Below, in pieces: positions 12,901 through 26,095 of a stretch of DNA of 64,000 nt. How positions within the stretch are numbered: position 1 is the first letter of the stretch; every line of letters begins with the position of its first letter. The notes beneath the pieces are model-generated. The model did not search any database, was not told the origin of the DNA, and saw only the letters and a program-made list of their open reading frames with translations. Source of the DNA: Tubulanus polymorphus. Its lineage: Eukaryota; Animalia; Nemertea. A program made the position numbers and the translations under genes. The DNA lies in contig NC_134035.1 in the NCBI RefSeq assembly GCF_964204645.1, positions 12,246,451 through 12,310,450 of the forward strand, read 5' to 3'.

Positions 12901-15900
12901 TGAACAGCATCTCTTCAAGTTGAATTACTTTTTTCATATGATAAGTATTTTATGTGAATAGTTAAAATCGGGTTTAAGTGAAAATGAACTTTGGTGTTTG
13001 ATTTCAAGACAAATCGCTTTTTGTAAATGGTTAAACTCCATTTGAGATGAATACACATAAAGATGTATTCAAATGTTGAAATGTATTCAAACGTAGCATT
13101 TTATCAGAATATTGTCTTAGATTACGTCAAATATGAGCTGAACATTTCTGAATACAACTCCAGAACTACATCAGAACTAGTACTAATATCCTCTTGATGA
13201 AGTCGTGGGAGATATTATAGTTTTAGCAGTACTGCGTCTGTGTGAAGTTTTTGTGTTTATCGCCACTTCCTTTGAATTCTTAAACAAGCTGTGTCTGAAG
13301 GATTCAATATTCAAGGGGTAAGTGGCTCATTTGAAATAAGTTTGAATATATGTGAAATAGGCCTTCATCGAGGTGCAGTGGTCCAGTCACTGATCCTTCA
13401 CCTTGGTTCTTCTCTGGGCTCCAATAAAATTGGGGAGAAGAAACTCCCGGACCTACTTATAAATACCCTGAGTGGCCCAGGGCAATATTTCTGAGGTTCC
13501 ACGTATAAATGTCTAGTAAATGACAGAATGATTTTTTAACTTATAGCTTTTGATAGAATATCTTTTCATCTTATTTAGAAACACGAATGTTGACACAGAA
13601 CCCTTCAAATAATGTATTGTAGTTATCAATGGATAAAAACATTATTATAGGCCTAACGGTTTTTACAGCGTCAAAAATAGGCCTGTTCCAGATGTCATTT
13701 ATTATTAATTAAATCAATACAAATTGTTTTATTTGTAGAATTGGATGTAGCCAGCAGTGAATTGGTTTGATAACATGGCCGGCGCATGATATATAGATAT
13801 ATAGGTTTTGCGAATGGTGAAACCTTATATTTGTAATATCCTCGAGAACTGACGTATTGCATTTCCCTTGTTGGTAACTGATAATCACATGGAGAAATGT
13901 AATGTTTTGGTTAAGAACAGTCAGTTCATGCTGGTTGAATGATTGTTCAAATGATTTGGAACCAAAATTTTACAATTATGTACTGTGATCAAAACAAAAA
14001 CTTCAGTAGATGTGCGACTTTATCTGTACTTCGATTTCTGATGAGATTTGAATTAAATTCTTTCCATTGATTTTCTGCCATGAAAAATATGTAAAAAACT
14101 TTGAAATATGTGAAAATATGTGAAATATGATTTACCATGTACTGTCGATAGTTAGAATAATTGAATATGAACAAATTAAAGTAATTATTTTGTCTTAATT
14201 ATTTGTTACTGAGCATTTTCTTAAAATATATAAAGAACAGATTAAGGATTTTCTTGATACACATGTATTTGGTTTATAATTGTTTCTACCCCAGACGCAT
14301 CTGCGGCTCAGAATCTGGTTAAGTGAAAATCAAAATGGCCGTCCAATGACCTTTTATGTGGCAAAAAGAACAGTTTTGGCCTGAAATCTTGGACCTTTAG
14401 CTTGGTGTGTTATTTTGTGTTGATATTCGTGATTGGTTAATTGTTGGAAAGAATCTTCATCCAGACAGGTATTGCAATCAGTAAACTTTCGCGCAACCGG
14501 CGGCCATCTTTCTCAAGTTCATCCTCAAGTGTAGATTTTATTTTGAGGAAAAGTGTCCACTGATTTTAACTGTCTTGATATAATTCAATTCAATTCTTGA
14601 TTGCTCCGTAACATAGCTTATACATTCTCAGATGAAACACAATCTCGACAAAAAGATAAAAATAATCATAAATAATCAAGAGAACTTCATACAATAGCAA
14701 TTGAATATGTACATGTATAATGAGGTAGTGGTAAGCGGGTTTTCAGTTTTCAGTAAATATTCACATAGTTGATGCCTTTCTCAATATATTTACCTAAACA
14801 GCAAGCCATTTGTTGTGATGGACATTATGATTATAAATTTGTTGTGATCACTAATACTTGATGTCTGAGGAAATTCGAGATAGAATTGCTAATTCAATAG
14901 ATCAATAATTTCACCAAAAAAAACTACGATGCCACACGTATAATGATATTCAATGTACATTAAATTCAAGTACTGTGGATCACACGGGACTGACTCTGGT
15001 CAGAAACAGATATGTTCATATAGGTAAAGTTTAGTTGATCTCATATAATACTGAATGGACAGATATCAACATTTTGAGATGAGAAAACACGTTATTTACT
15101 CAAATCTATACTCTTCACTTGCTGCGTGTTATAGATTTGACATTAAAATATTGCTTGGAGCGAAAAAGAAACAGATGACCTGTTTATTATTTGACTGCGG
15201 GCTAAAGAACTTGATAGCTAAGATCCTTGAGACAGGAGGGTGCCTTTTATTTTTAGTACTATTTTCATTTTCTGATACAGATAACGAAGTGATGGAGAAC
15301 AAGCCACCATCATAACTCTTTTGATTCTACCGGAATACGGATTGTCATATGTGGCAGGTGATACTGGACTGTAAAAGCGTCCTGAACCGTAAAAGCGTTC
15401 GTTAATCGTATCCCTGTTGTTCATTTTAAAAAACAGATTGTCTTTCCACGAAAAGCATCTAATATAAGTATTGGTGTCCCGGTATTGATTTCTCGGCCAA
15501 GGATGTTGTTTTCATATCGTGTCTTAGTGTGAGTCACTGGGAAACACTCTAACAAAAACAGGGTAGGGAAAAGTCAAGAAAGTTCTCAGGCTTCTGTGTG
15601 TCTGTCTGTCTTTCAGATACTTAGCTTCGTTAATAGTGGATCTTGATGAATGGCACAATGTTAGTATAGGGGTTTAGTTGTGTAGTGCAAAGAATAGGCC
15701 TGGTGCACCGCCTACTGGCAGCACGGTACCTAAAAACTCTTTTTATTAGTCACTTGACCTTGAGGATGACCTCATAACTGAAGAAAGGGGTCGAAATTCA
15801 AAAAGTTGTCTTGACAAAATTTAGCTATTGGCCCTAGGTACATGTATAACATATCCCAAATGCTATCTAACGCATGGTAACTTTGGAGTTCGTGTTTGAG

Positions 15901-18156
15901 CCTGAGCCCGAGAACCGTTGTCACCTATGGCTTGTTCTTCAGGGAATAGTCAGGGAATATTGTAAAAATGATAAGAAATCAGGGAAATATGTTGTAATTG
16001 CCAGATCGTTTGAAAATCAAATGGTTTGCATGACATACGTATTTGACTGTTAATTGGTTTTATTCTAAGCAGATCAAGTCGAGGAAACAACATACATGTT
16101 GGGAGTAGTCAGGGACATGTCAGGGAAAAAGCAAGACAAATAAAAGAAGCCACCCTGAAACGTGCTTGCATTTTTACGAACACCTTTGATGTCAAGAGTT
16201 TTAGAATAACCAAATTATGAATTATGAACAAATCGTAAAGAATAAACATTTAATTGCTCTTTGTTGTTATGACCACCGCAGCTATTTATTTCACCAGGAA
16301 AAATGATTTCCGAAATTTGGAGGATCTAAAACGGTAAACAACAAATGTATTGTTATCGCGTTAATCAAATTTATGCTTTCGTCGTGTAATTCCATCTGAT
16401 ACTTCTAATGCTGTCAAGTAAGAATATTTTGTTGAGACAACTTATTTCAGTCAAAGGTGGACCATCTTGAATTTCTTTAAGTCACCCTGATACTAGTATG
16501 ATTTTTTCCCCGCAAAGTTCTGAATCCCCCACTCGGCTGGAATAGCTAAGGTGCCACCCCAGAGGGCACCCCTTGGGGTGGAGTTTCTATTCCTTCAAAT
16601 GGCTACTAGTCCTACAGTTTTAATCCGATCAATTCCAAATTTGGTATGAATGTTCTATGGACCAATACCTACAAAGTACAGAGCCCTTTTTGGATTTGGA
16701 CCCAAGGGGGCACCCCCTAGGTATGCAGCTTCTATTTCTTCAAGCTTCTATTTCTTCTATATAAGCCGATATACTCCTCTTCTGTTCGTTGTATCGGGTG
16801 TAGCTGTTTTCAGGAAAGCCTTCCTGATATTTTCATTTATCCATGGTAGACCAAGCTGTTATTCTTATTATTGTTCATTAGTTATACCCGAACTGTATTG
16901 AAAGCAATGGGCGTTATGAAAACAATATATAATTTGATAATATGAGGAAAGAAGAAGATGCATTTGAAAGCTTTTCAGCAACAGTGTAAAAGGCTGGCGC
17001 AGGTGATCATAATATTGACATATGTATGAGTTTTCTCAGGTTTTCTGTTAAATCGTGAGGCTAGTTATTCCAAAACAAATTTATATAGTTGTGAAACCTG
17101 AACTGTACCATAATTCCAGTTGTTGGTATGAACCAATTCTACCTATGCATTCCCAAAACTATTACCATCCACTATTGATGCATCAACGGATACGATGACA
17201 AAACCGAAATTGCCTTCAAACTCTTGATTTAGAAATGAATCAGATAAATTAATTGTAAAGATGATTCTGTCTAACAGTTGTTGGTATGATTTCAGTGATG
17301 AGTAAACAAAATTTTATTCATCACTATCGTATTGACAGACATAAGTCTACGTGGTATTAATGTGTAATATTCGTGATCCTTAATAGTTTTTCTTTTCATT
17401 TCAGCTGAAAGACTTGTCAGAGATGTAATAAAAAAGCAAAATGAGTCTGGCCACACTTATGAGGCGGCAACACGTCTACAACAAAGATTACAAAGGTGTG
17501 TTGATCTAATGTCGTCTCATAAGCCGGTGGAGCCAATTCCACCAACACCTGAATTGGCTCCTCCGCAGGTGGTGGACCCTGCTCCTGCGGTGCAGGTGGT
17601 TGCGCCCACCGTATCTTCGGATACGGAGGTCGTGCCACCTGTTATCGTGGAGCAGGAGGTCGCCCCTGCCGTGGTTGCCCCGACAGAGGCGCCACAGGTC
17701 CAGACTCCTGCACCGCGCAGGTCGCCCCGTAGAAATATAAAAAAAGTAAATTATTCAGAAGGTTCGGGGCGGCCTAATAAAAAAAAATCTCCAAAACGTG
17801 CGACTCCTCCACCACCACCATCTTTTGAGGAGTCGAGTGATGAGGAGTTATTTTATACTCCTGGAGCTCCACAACCAGGGCCCCCACCACCACCACAAAC
17901 ACCTGTGGGCGTGCAACAAAAAAAAAGAAAGAGACTTACATATGAAAATAATAATGAAAATAATAATGAAATGCCCGCCCAGGCTGGAACATCGGGCGCT
18001 CCAGCGGGGGTACCACCCGCCCCCGCTGTAGAGCTTGTTGCACGTGGCCCTGGTTGGTCAAAGAATATAAGAATGAAAGATCCTGTACAATTGCTCCGCG
18101 ATGTTGAAGGGGCCTTTGATGGAAACTATACATTCATTAAAAGACAACGGCGATAA
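9931..18156 (+). CDS. Orphan 280-aa protein (helical N-terminus, Pro/Ala/Val-rich linker, basic NLS-like motifs), two coding exons
   Basis: Exon 9931-10021 ends in phase 1 (A|GTAAGT). Exon 17405-18156 starts in phase 1 after TTTTCAG. 91+752=843 nt is fully open, and the stop TAA overlaps AATAAA. Confidence 0.7.
11907..12175. repeat. 28-bp minisatellite (CAGTGATACCAGTGCATCATCCCAGTAC), ~9 copies
   Basis: Tandem periodicity. Confidence 0.95.
15590..15935. mobile_element. Decayed Helentron-associated (HINE/DINE-1-like) element
   Basis: (GTCT)n microsatellite followed by CACTTGACCTTGA-type motifs typical of invertebrate HINEs. A related fragment lies at ~16540-16870. Confidence 0.4.
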
Positions 18157-18650
18157 TAAAAAACCATCCCCCCTTCACTCGCCATCACTCCGGGCAACAA
18201 CACCAGCCCATACACGTCTGCAGATCGGCACTCCTTTCATCATCCATTTTTATTATCACTTGTCACTTGTAATATAAGTGAGTTTTAAAAACTTATTCAT
18301 TTCATTTCATTCTTCGTCGGTCTGCAGTTCGCGCGGTGCCACAAAATATCTGTCAACCCCCCTTGCATTAGGAACCAGTGGGCGTGCAGTCCTGCATTAT
18401 TAATGTTTTTTTATAAAAAAAAAAAAAAGCAAAAACCAGATCTAACGTGTTTTTAACGAGAGTTTTACGGTTCTCTCAAAAAAATTAAAAAACAAAAAAA
18501 TCAAAAAAATTCATCATCATTTCATCAACTTTATTTATTTTCCTTGGATGAATTTAATTTCATTCCATCATGTCATCCATCATTATTTTAAATTATTTTC
18601 ATTTATTTTCTGACTGTACGTCCCGCTGTGTTCCTACCAAACCCGCCCAC

Positions 18651-18999
18651 ACCATTCCATTCTTGCATACAAAATGACTTATGCAATTCCATTCTTGCAT
18701 TCAAAATGACTCATGCAGTTCCATTCCTGCATCAAAATGACTCACGCAGTTCCATTCCTGCATTCAAAATGACTCATGCAGTTCCATTCTTGCATTCAAC
18801 ATGATTTATGCAATTCCATTCCTGCATTCAAAATGACACTCATGCAGTTCCATTCTTGCATTCAAAATGACTCGTGCAGTTCAATTCCTGCTTTCAAAAT
18901 GACTCATGCAGTTCCATTCCTGCATTCAAAATGACACTCATGCAGTTCCATTCATGCAGCAATTCCATTCCTGCATTCAAAATGACTCGTGCAGTTCCA
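18651..18999. repeat. ~32-bp minisatellite (TTCCATTCCTGCATTCAAAATGACTCATGCAG), ~10 copies
   Basis: Tandem periodicity. Confidence 0.95.
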
Positions 19000-20335
19000 T
19001 GGATTTTTCAAATCAAAAGGACAGCTATGATTCACATAATGTGATTCTTTTTGATACTCAAAAACGCAGAGAAGGAACAGCTATGTTTTACACATAATGC
19101 GATTTCTTATCAAACTACATCGGAATACTTTTTTTAATGTGTTCCATGTTATCCCACCCCTGATACTATGACGTTCATACGTCAAGTTTAAAATCATTGT
19201 TTATTGTTATTAAAATACTTGTTTTTCTAATTACAGATTTAAAGATTTATTTGATTTATCACGAAAACTTGAAATGTTAATATATATTGCCAAATAGCAG
19301 AAGGAAATCCTTTAAATGTGATTGGAAGGACTTCAAATATTCACTCGTTTAAGAATAGGAATATGTATTCAAACGAATAACTGCGTGACATTGGATAAAA
19401 TGTTGAGCAAAAATGGAAATCACAGCAATAACAACGGTAATCAATTTCATTACATTTTTAGGATCAACCACGTTGATCCTTATCGACATCCTTATAGTGC
19501 TGAGAGTAACTTTCTGTCAGCTCTGGGTGGTCAAATTGTAACCACTGGATCTACACAGCTGATATTTTGTCATCAGAAGAGAAATAGATGTTGGAATTAA
19601 TATGGAAAGTTGTGTCCATCAGATCTTTGTCATTTGGAAGTACTGGGAGAAAATGAGCAGATGAATTTTCCCCATTTCTAATAATCGATGTTTGACCTTG
19701 TTTCTTGATAATATCATCACTGGGAGAGCCCGTCTGCATCCAAGTTCAATGTTATAGAATAAACATTGAATCGATCGTCTGCCATGTGCGAGTCATGGGA
19801 ATAATGTAATACCATGCATACTATCACACACGCTTACTACTGGTGTTGTGTGCGCCAAGATTTCATCTTCATACCTTATTGCAAATCCCACAACAAATCC
19901 ATTTCAATGCTCAATGGTTAACTGTACTCAGTTGATCCTACTGCACCCATGGTCCTTTATTAGGGTGTAAAATGGAATAATTCACTTGATCCATGATCAA
20001 TACATGAATTTAATAATTGATAAATACGATAAATAAAACCTTATAAAATTCTGTATAGATTCAGTAAAAGAATGATCTCTGATAAGAGAATTTGTTGTTG
20101 TCAAGTCGGTGAAGTTGTATTGGCTAATAATGATCCTAATGATCATCGGGTTCAGAATTTGACTTCATAATTCTTGTTTATTGAGCAGAGGAGAGAGAGT
20201 AGTTAGCGTTGATGAGGAGTTAAGGTGTGATGATTTAGATTTTTACACCAAATAATTGAGCATTAAATAAAAGATAAGATTGAGATATTTTTAGATAATG
20301 TGATTGAAAATTCAGATTTGAGAAATAATCATTGA

Positions 20336-21190
20336 TAAGTTAATTCCTGTATAGAGGACAGTCAGAGAAGGAAAGTTAATTCCTGTATAGAGGACAGTCA
20401 CAGAAGGGAAGTTAATTCCTGTATAGAGGACAGTCAGAGAAGGGAAGTTAATTCCTGTATAGAGGGCAGTCAGAGAAGGGAAGTTAATTCCTGTATAGAG
20501 GGCAGTCATAGAAGGGAAGTTAATTCCTGTATAGAGGACAGTCAGAGAGGGGAAGTTAATTCCTGTATATAGGACAGTCAGAGAGGGGAAGTTAATTCCT
20601 GTATATAGGACAGTCAGAGAGGGGAAGTTAATTCCTGTAGAAGGCAGTCATACAGAGCAGGTTGAACCCCTGTAAAGAGGACAGTCAGAGAAGGAAGTTC
20701 ATTCCTGTATAGAGGGCAGTCAGAGAAGGGAAGTTAATTCCTGTAGAAGGCAGTCATAGAGGGGAAGTTAATTCCTGTATAGAGGGCAGTCATAGAAGGG
20801 AAGTTAATTCCTGTAGAAGGCACTCTTAGAGAGTAGGTTGAACCCCTGTATAGAGGACAGTCAGAGAAGGGAAGGTAATTCCTGTATAGAGGACAGTCAG
20901 AGAAGGGAAGGTAATTCCTGTATAGAGGACAGTCAGAGAAGGGAAGGTAATTCCTGTATAGAGGACAGTCACAGAAGGGAAGGTAATTCCTGTATGGTGG
21001 ACAGTCACAGAATGGAAGTTAATTCCTGTATAGAGGACAGTCACAGAAGGGAAGTTAATTCCTGTATGGGGGACAGTCACAGAATGGAAGTTAATTCCTG
21101 TATAGAGGACAGTCACAGAAGGGAAGTTAATTCCTGTAGAAGGCAGTCATAGAGAGTAGGTTGAACCCCTGTATAGAGGACAGTCAGAGG
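20336..21190. repeat. 36-bp minisatellite (AGTTAATTCCTGTATAGAGGACAGTCAGAGAAGGGA), ~23 copies with a recurring variant unit (GGTTGAACCCCTGT)
   Basis: Tandem periodicity; explains the ORFs 20312-21152. Confidence 0.95.
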
Positions 21191-22109
21191 TTGATCGCAT
21201 CCAATTATTAAACAAAAACCAGCATCATCATCATCATCATCAATAGCCAGCAAACATTTCAGTAATATTCCAGTTATTGAACAGTTAGTGTTAAGATTAA
21301 TACCGTTACAGGTTTTCACTTATTTCCTAAAGATTCAACCAAATTCATTCTATGTTTCGAGTCATTCATTGCAAAAATTCCAATTTACTCCAACTTTTGA
21401 TGGTCAAAATGATTCCTCGTTGTTAGGAAATCATTTGGGAAAATGTTCCTTTGATAAAAGTTACCGGCATCAAACCTATCGCATTCAAGAAGAAACTATT
21501 ATCTTAAAAACTATTTTATCTGAATCTTACATCAACTATTAATTATCTAAAAATTGTTTTATCCATATCTTAACAACTCTTGAATATCTAAAAAAAATCT
21601 GCGTTGTAAAACATTATTGAATATCACGGAACAAATTTTATGTATATCATATTTTAAATTGTTTTATTTGTACTTATTTTAAACTTTTAATTTTAAATAA
21701 TTTCAAACCATTTTATATTTTTTAAGAACTAGATTTTATTCGTTTTCTAAAACTAACCTACAGATCAATTTGATGAGTTATTTATCTTATATTTGACTAT
21801 ATCATATACTGGAACCCAAGATATTTGAAACGGATAACTGAAGGTCCAGGTTTTATCACTGAATACTCTTTGACACAATTACGTGGTCCACAACACAGAT
21901 ACAAATAGTGGTTATATAAAAGGCCCATATATTATAATGCACGCACGAAGAGCTTGTACTCATAGTTCATATGAAATGTGATTGAGAACTTCTCATACTT
22001 TATTTAATCTTCTTTTCTTGATTTTTCTATTTTGTTTTAAAGATATTTTCAGTTTGTCTGTGAGTTTATTGTATTCACTTTTTGATTTCAGTTTATTTGT
22101 TTATTGTGT

Positions 22110-22345
22110 TTAGATCTAGTTATTTAAGTCTATTCAGGTCTATTTATTTAGTATATTTCTAGTTATTCAAGTCTATTTAGGTCTCGCTATTTAAGTCTAT
22201 TTAGGCTAATTTACTTAAGTATATTTAGGTCTAGTAATTTAAGTATATTTAGGTCTAGTTATTTTAGTCGATTTCTAGTTATTCAAGTCGAGTTATTTAA
22301 GTATATTTAAGTCTTGTTATTTAAGTTTGTTTGGGTCAAGTTATA
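22110..22345. repeat. Degenerate AT-rich tandem repeat (TCTAGTTATTTAAGTCTATTTAGG-like)
   Basis: Repeated TAGTTATTYAAGT motifs. Confidence 0.75.
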
Positions 22346-22469
22346 TTATTATTTTAAAGTTTAGTTATTAAAGGTATAAAGTCTGTTGTTTCTAGAGTTC
22401 GGAATAAACAAATTTTCATCATTAATAAAATCACTTTAGGGATCATCAATAAAATACATTAATGTTCAG

Positions 22470-25230
22470 GTGTTTTTAATCATGATAGAATACTGTTAGG
22501 TTATTTTATTGTTTTATGAACTGAGGGTAAATCTGTCATTGATAGAATTACTCTCAGGTCATCAGTAAAATACATTAATTATAAAGTTAGTCGGATTATC
22601 AGTGAAATATATTTATAGTAAAATTAATCAGTTTTAATTATGATAGAATACTGTTAGGTTATTTTTATGGTTTTATGAACTGAGGGTAATTTTGTCATTG
22701 ATAGAATTACTTTCAGGTCATCAGTAAAATACATTAATTATAAAGTTAGTCGGAATATCAATAAAATATATTTATGGTAAAATTGATCAGTTTTAATTAT
22801 GATAGAATACTGTTAGGTTATTTAATTGTTTTATGAACTGAGGGTAAATCTGTCATTGATAGAATTATTCTCAGGTCATCAGTAAAATACATTAATTATA
22901 AAGTTAGTCGGATTATCAGTGAAATATATTTATGGTAAAATTAATCAGTTTTAATTATGATAGAATACTGTTAGGTTATTTTATTGTTTTATGAACTAAG
23001 GGTAAATCTGTCATTGATAGAATTATTCTCAGGTCATCAGTAAAATACATTAATTATAAAGTTAGTCGGATTATCAGTAAAATATATTTATAGTAAAATT
23101 AATCAGTTTTAATTATGATAGAATACTGTTAGGTTATTTAATTGTTTTATGAACTGAGGGTAAATCTGTCATTGATAGAATTATTCTCAGGTCATCAGTA
23201 AAATACATTAATTATAAAGTTAGTCGGATTATCAGTAAAATATATTTATAGTAAAATTAATCAGTTTTAATTATGATAGAATACTTTTAGGTTATTTTTA
23301 TTGTTTTATGAACTGAGGGTAAATCTGTCATTGATAGAATTATTCTCAGGTCATCAGTAAAATACATTAATTATAAAGTTAGTCGGATTATCAGTAAAAT
23401 ATATTTATAGTAAAATTAATCAGTTTTATTCATGATAGAATACTGTTAGGTTATTTAATTGTTTTATGAACTGAGGGTAAATTTGTCACTGATAGAATTA
23501 TTCTCAGGTCATCAGTAAAATACATTAATTATAAAGTTAGTCGGATTATCAGTAAAATATATTTATGGTAAAATTAATCAGTTTTAATTATGATAGAATA
23601 CTGTTAGGTTATTTTATTGTTTTATGAACTAAGGGTAAATCTGTCATTGATAGAATTATTCTCAGGTCATCAGTAAAATACATTAATTATAAAGTTAGTC
23701 GGATTATCAGTAAAATATATTTATGGTAAAATTGATCAGTTTTAATTATGATAGAATACTGTTAGGTTATTTAATTGTTTTATGAACTGAGGGTAAATCT
23801 GTCATTGATAGAATTATTCTCAGGTCATCAGTAAAATACATTAATTATAAAGTTAGTCGGATTATCAGTAAAATATATTTATAGTAAAATTAATCAGTTT
23901 TAATTATGATAGAATACTGTTAGGTTATTTTTCTTGTTTTATGAACTGAGGGTAAATCTCTCATTGATAGAATTATTCTCAGGTCATCAGTAAAATATAT
24001 TAATTATAAAGTTAGTCAGATTATGAGTAAAATATATTTATAGTAAAATTAATCAGTTTTAATTATGATAGAATACTTTTAGGTTATTTTTATTGTTTTA
24101 TGAACTGAGGGTAAATCTGTCATTGATAGAATTATTCTCAGGTCATCAGTAAAATACATTAATTATAAAGTTAGTCGGATTATCAGTAAAATATATTTAT
24201 AGTAAAATTGATCAGTTTTAATTATGATAGAATACTGTTAGGTTATTTTATTGTTTTATGAACTAAGGGTAAATCTGTCATTGATAGAATTATTCTCAGG
24301 TCATCAGTAAAATACATTAATTATAAAGTTAGTCGGATTATCAGTAAAATATATTTATAGTAAAATTAATCAGTTTTAATTATGATAGAATACTGTTAGG
24401 TTATTTTATTGTTTTATGAACTAAGGGTAAATCTGTCATTGATAGAATTATTCTCAGGTCATCAGTAAAATACATTAATTATAAAGTTAGTCGGATTATC
24501 AGTAAAATATATTTATAGTAAAATTAATCAGTTTTAATTATGATAGAATACTGTTAGGTTATTTTATTGTTTTATGAACTAAGGGTAAATCTGTCATTGA
24601 TAGAATTATTCTCAGGTCATCAGTAAAATACATTAATTATAAAGTTAGTCGGATTATCAGTAAAATATATTTATAGTAAAATTAATCAGTTTTAATTATG
24701 ATAGAATACTGTTAGGTTATTTAATTGTTTTATGAACTGAGGGTAAATCTGTCATTGATAGAATTATTCTCAGGTCATCAGTAAAATAAATTAATTATAA
24801 AGTTAGTCGGATTATCAGTAAAATATATTTATAGTAAAATTGATCAGTTTTAATTATGATAGAATACTGTTAGGTTATTTTTTTTGTTTTATGAACTGAG
24901 GGTAAATCTCTCATTGATAGAATTATTCTCAGGTCATCAGTAAAATACATTAATTATAAAGTTAGTCGGATTATCAGTAAAATATATTTATAGTAAAATT
25001 GATCAGTTTTAATTATGATAGAATACTGTTAGGTTATTTTTTTTGTTTTATGAACTGAGGGTAAATCTATCATTGATAGAATTACTCTCAGGTCATCAGT
25101 AATATACATTAATTATAAAGTTAGTCGGATTATCAGTAAAATATATTTATAGTAAAATTGATCAGTTTTAATTATGATAGAATACTGTTAGGTTATTTTT
25201 ATTGTTTTATGAACTGAGGGTAAATCTGTC
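22470..25230. repeat. 158-159 bp AT-rich satellite, ~17 highly homogeneous copies
   Basis: TGATAGAATACTG recurs at 22641, 22800, 22958... Confidence 0.97.
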
Positions 25231-25499
25231 TTTGTATGAAATTGTTTATATTGGTACTCGTTCCTTGATTGTGGTGAGTTTAACGGTCATTGGTTTCTGT
25301 ATATGTTCACCTGGCGTATTGTCAGATTGTCAAGCATTTCGACCAGAGGACATGGCATCCCTGGACCACTACTGTCACCACTTTTAAGGTTCTCAAACAC
25401 ATTTCATATAAACAGCTATATTTATTGAATGAAACTATTTCTAACCTTATTTCAGTTTCATATTTCCCCCATAATCTATCATGTTTCACTTATTTCTTT

Positions 25500-26095
25500 T
25501 TAGTCTTTAGTCGCACAATGTATTGTCATGGCTGTGGCCTGTCCACCTGTCCACGTTAATAGCGACACTTAAGATGGCTAACTGGCAGCCAGATTTGATT
25601 GTTAAAACTATTATTTTAATTAATTATTATTCAGTCTAGTACTCAAAATTATTATTACCATAGAAAAGATGTAGGGTGCTAAGCGAAGCATTAGTTACAT
25701 GCATGCTCAAGAAGGCTGACTGGCAGCCATATTTAATTTTTTCACAACTATTTAGGGGTTTAGTTTGAATAAGTTAGGGCTAGAGTGCTATGGTAATGAT
25801 TGATATTCATTTTGAAAATGAAGTCTGAATCAAGATGGCTGACTGGCAGCCATGTTTACACATACTGTTAACTAATCATTTTCAAGGAAAAGGTCTAAGG
25901 TCTAAGAGTGGTTGAAATCACACTAAACTAAACTACCTGTGGCCATATTGGTTGCAAAGCTAACTGGTGACCATATCAGATTTCATTAATATGTTTTCAT
26001 TATGAAGATGGTTGACTGGTGGCTGAATTGGATTTATCTTCTTTTCATTTTCACAATCAAGACGGCTGACTGGTAGCCGTATTGAATTTCAGTAA
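25500..26095. mobile_element. Decayed non-autonomous element with repeated palindromic AAGATGGCTGACTGGCAGCCATATT motifs (HINE-like)
   Basis: Motif copies at ~25571, 25709, 25832, 25957, 26005 and 26059. The start TTTAGTCGC..TATTGTCATGG..GTCC resembles Helentron-associated element 5' ends. Confidence 0.5.

Noticed and set aside
15218-15424. 68-aa minus-strand ORF
   Set aside because: No recognisable homology or supporting gene structure.
19860-19960. PHD-finger-like words (WVQ.D, WICCGICNK) on minus strand
   Set aside because: Surrounded by stops, with too few ligands to support a call.
25570-26090. CRISPR-like repeat/spacer appearance
   Set aside because: Eukaryotic context, degenerate repeats, highly variable spacer lengths, no cas genes.
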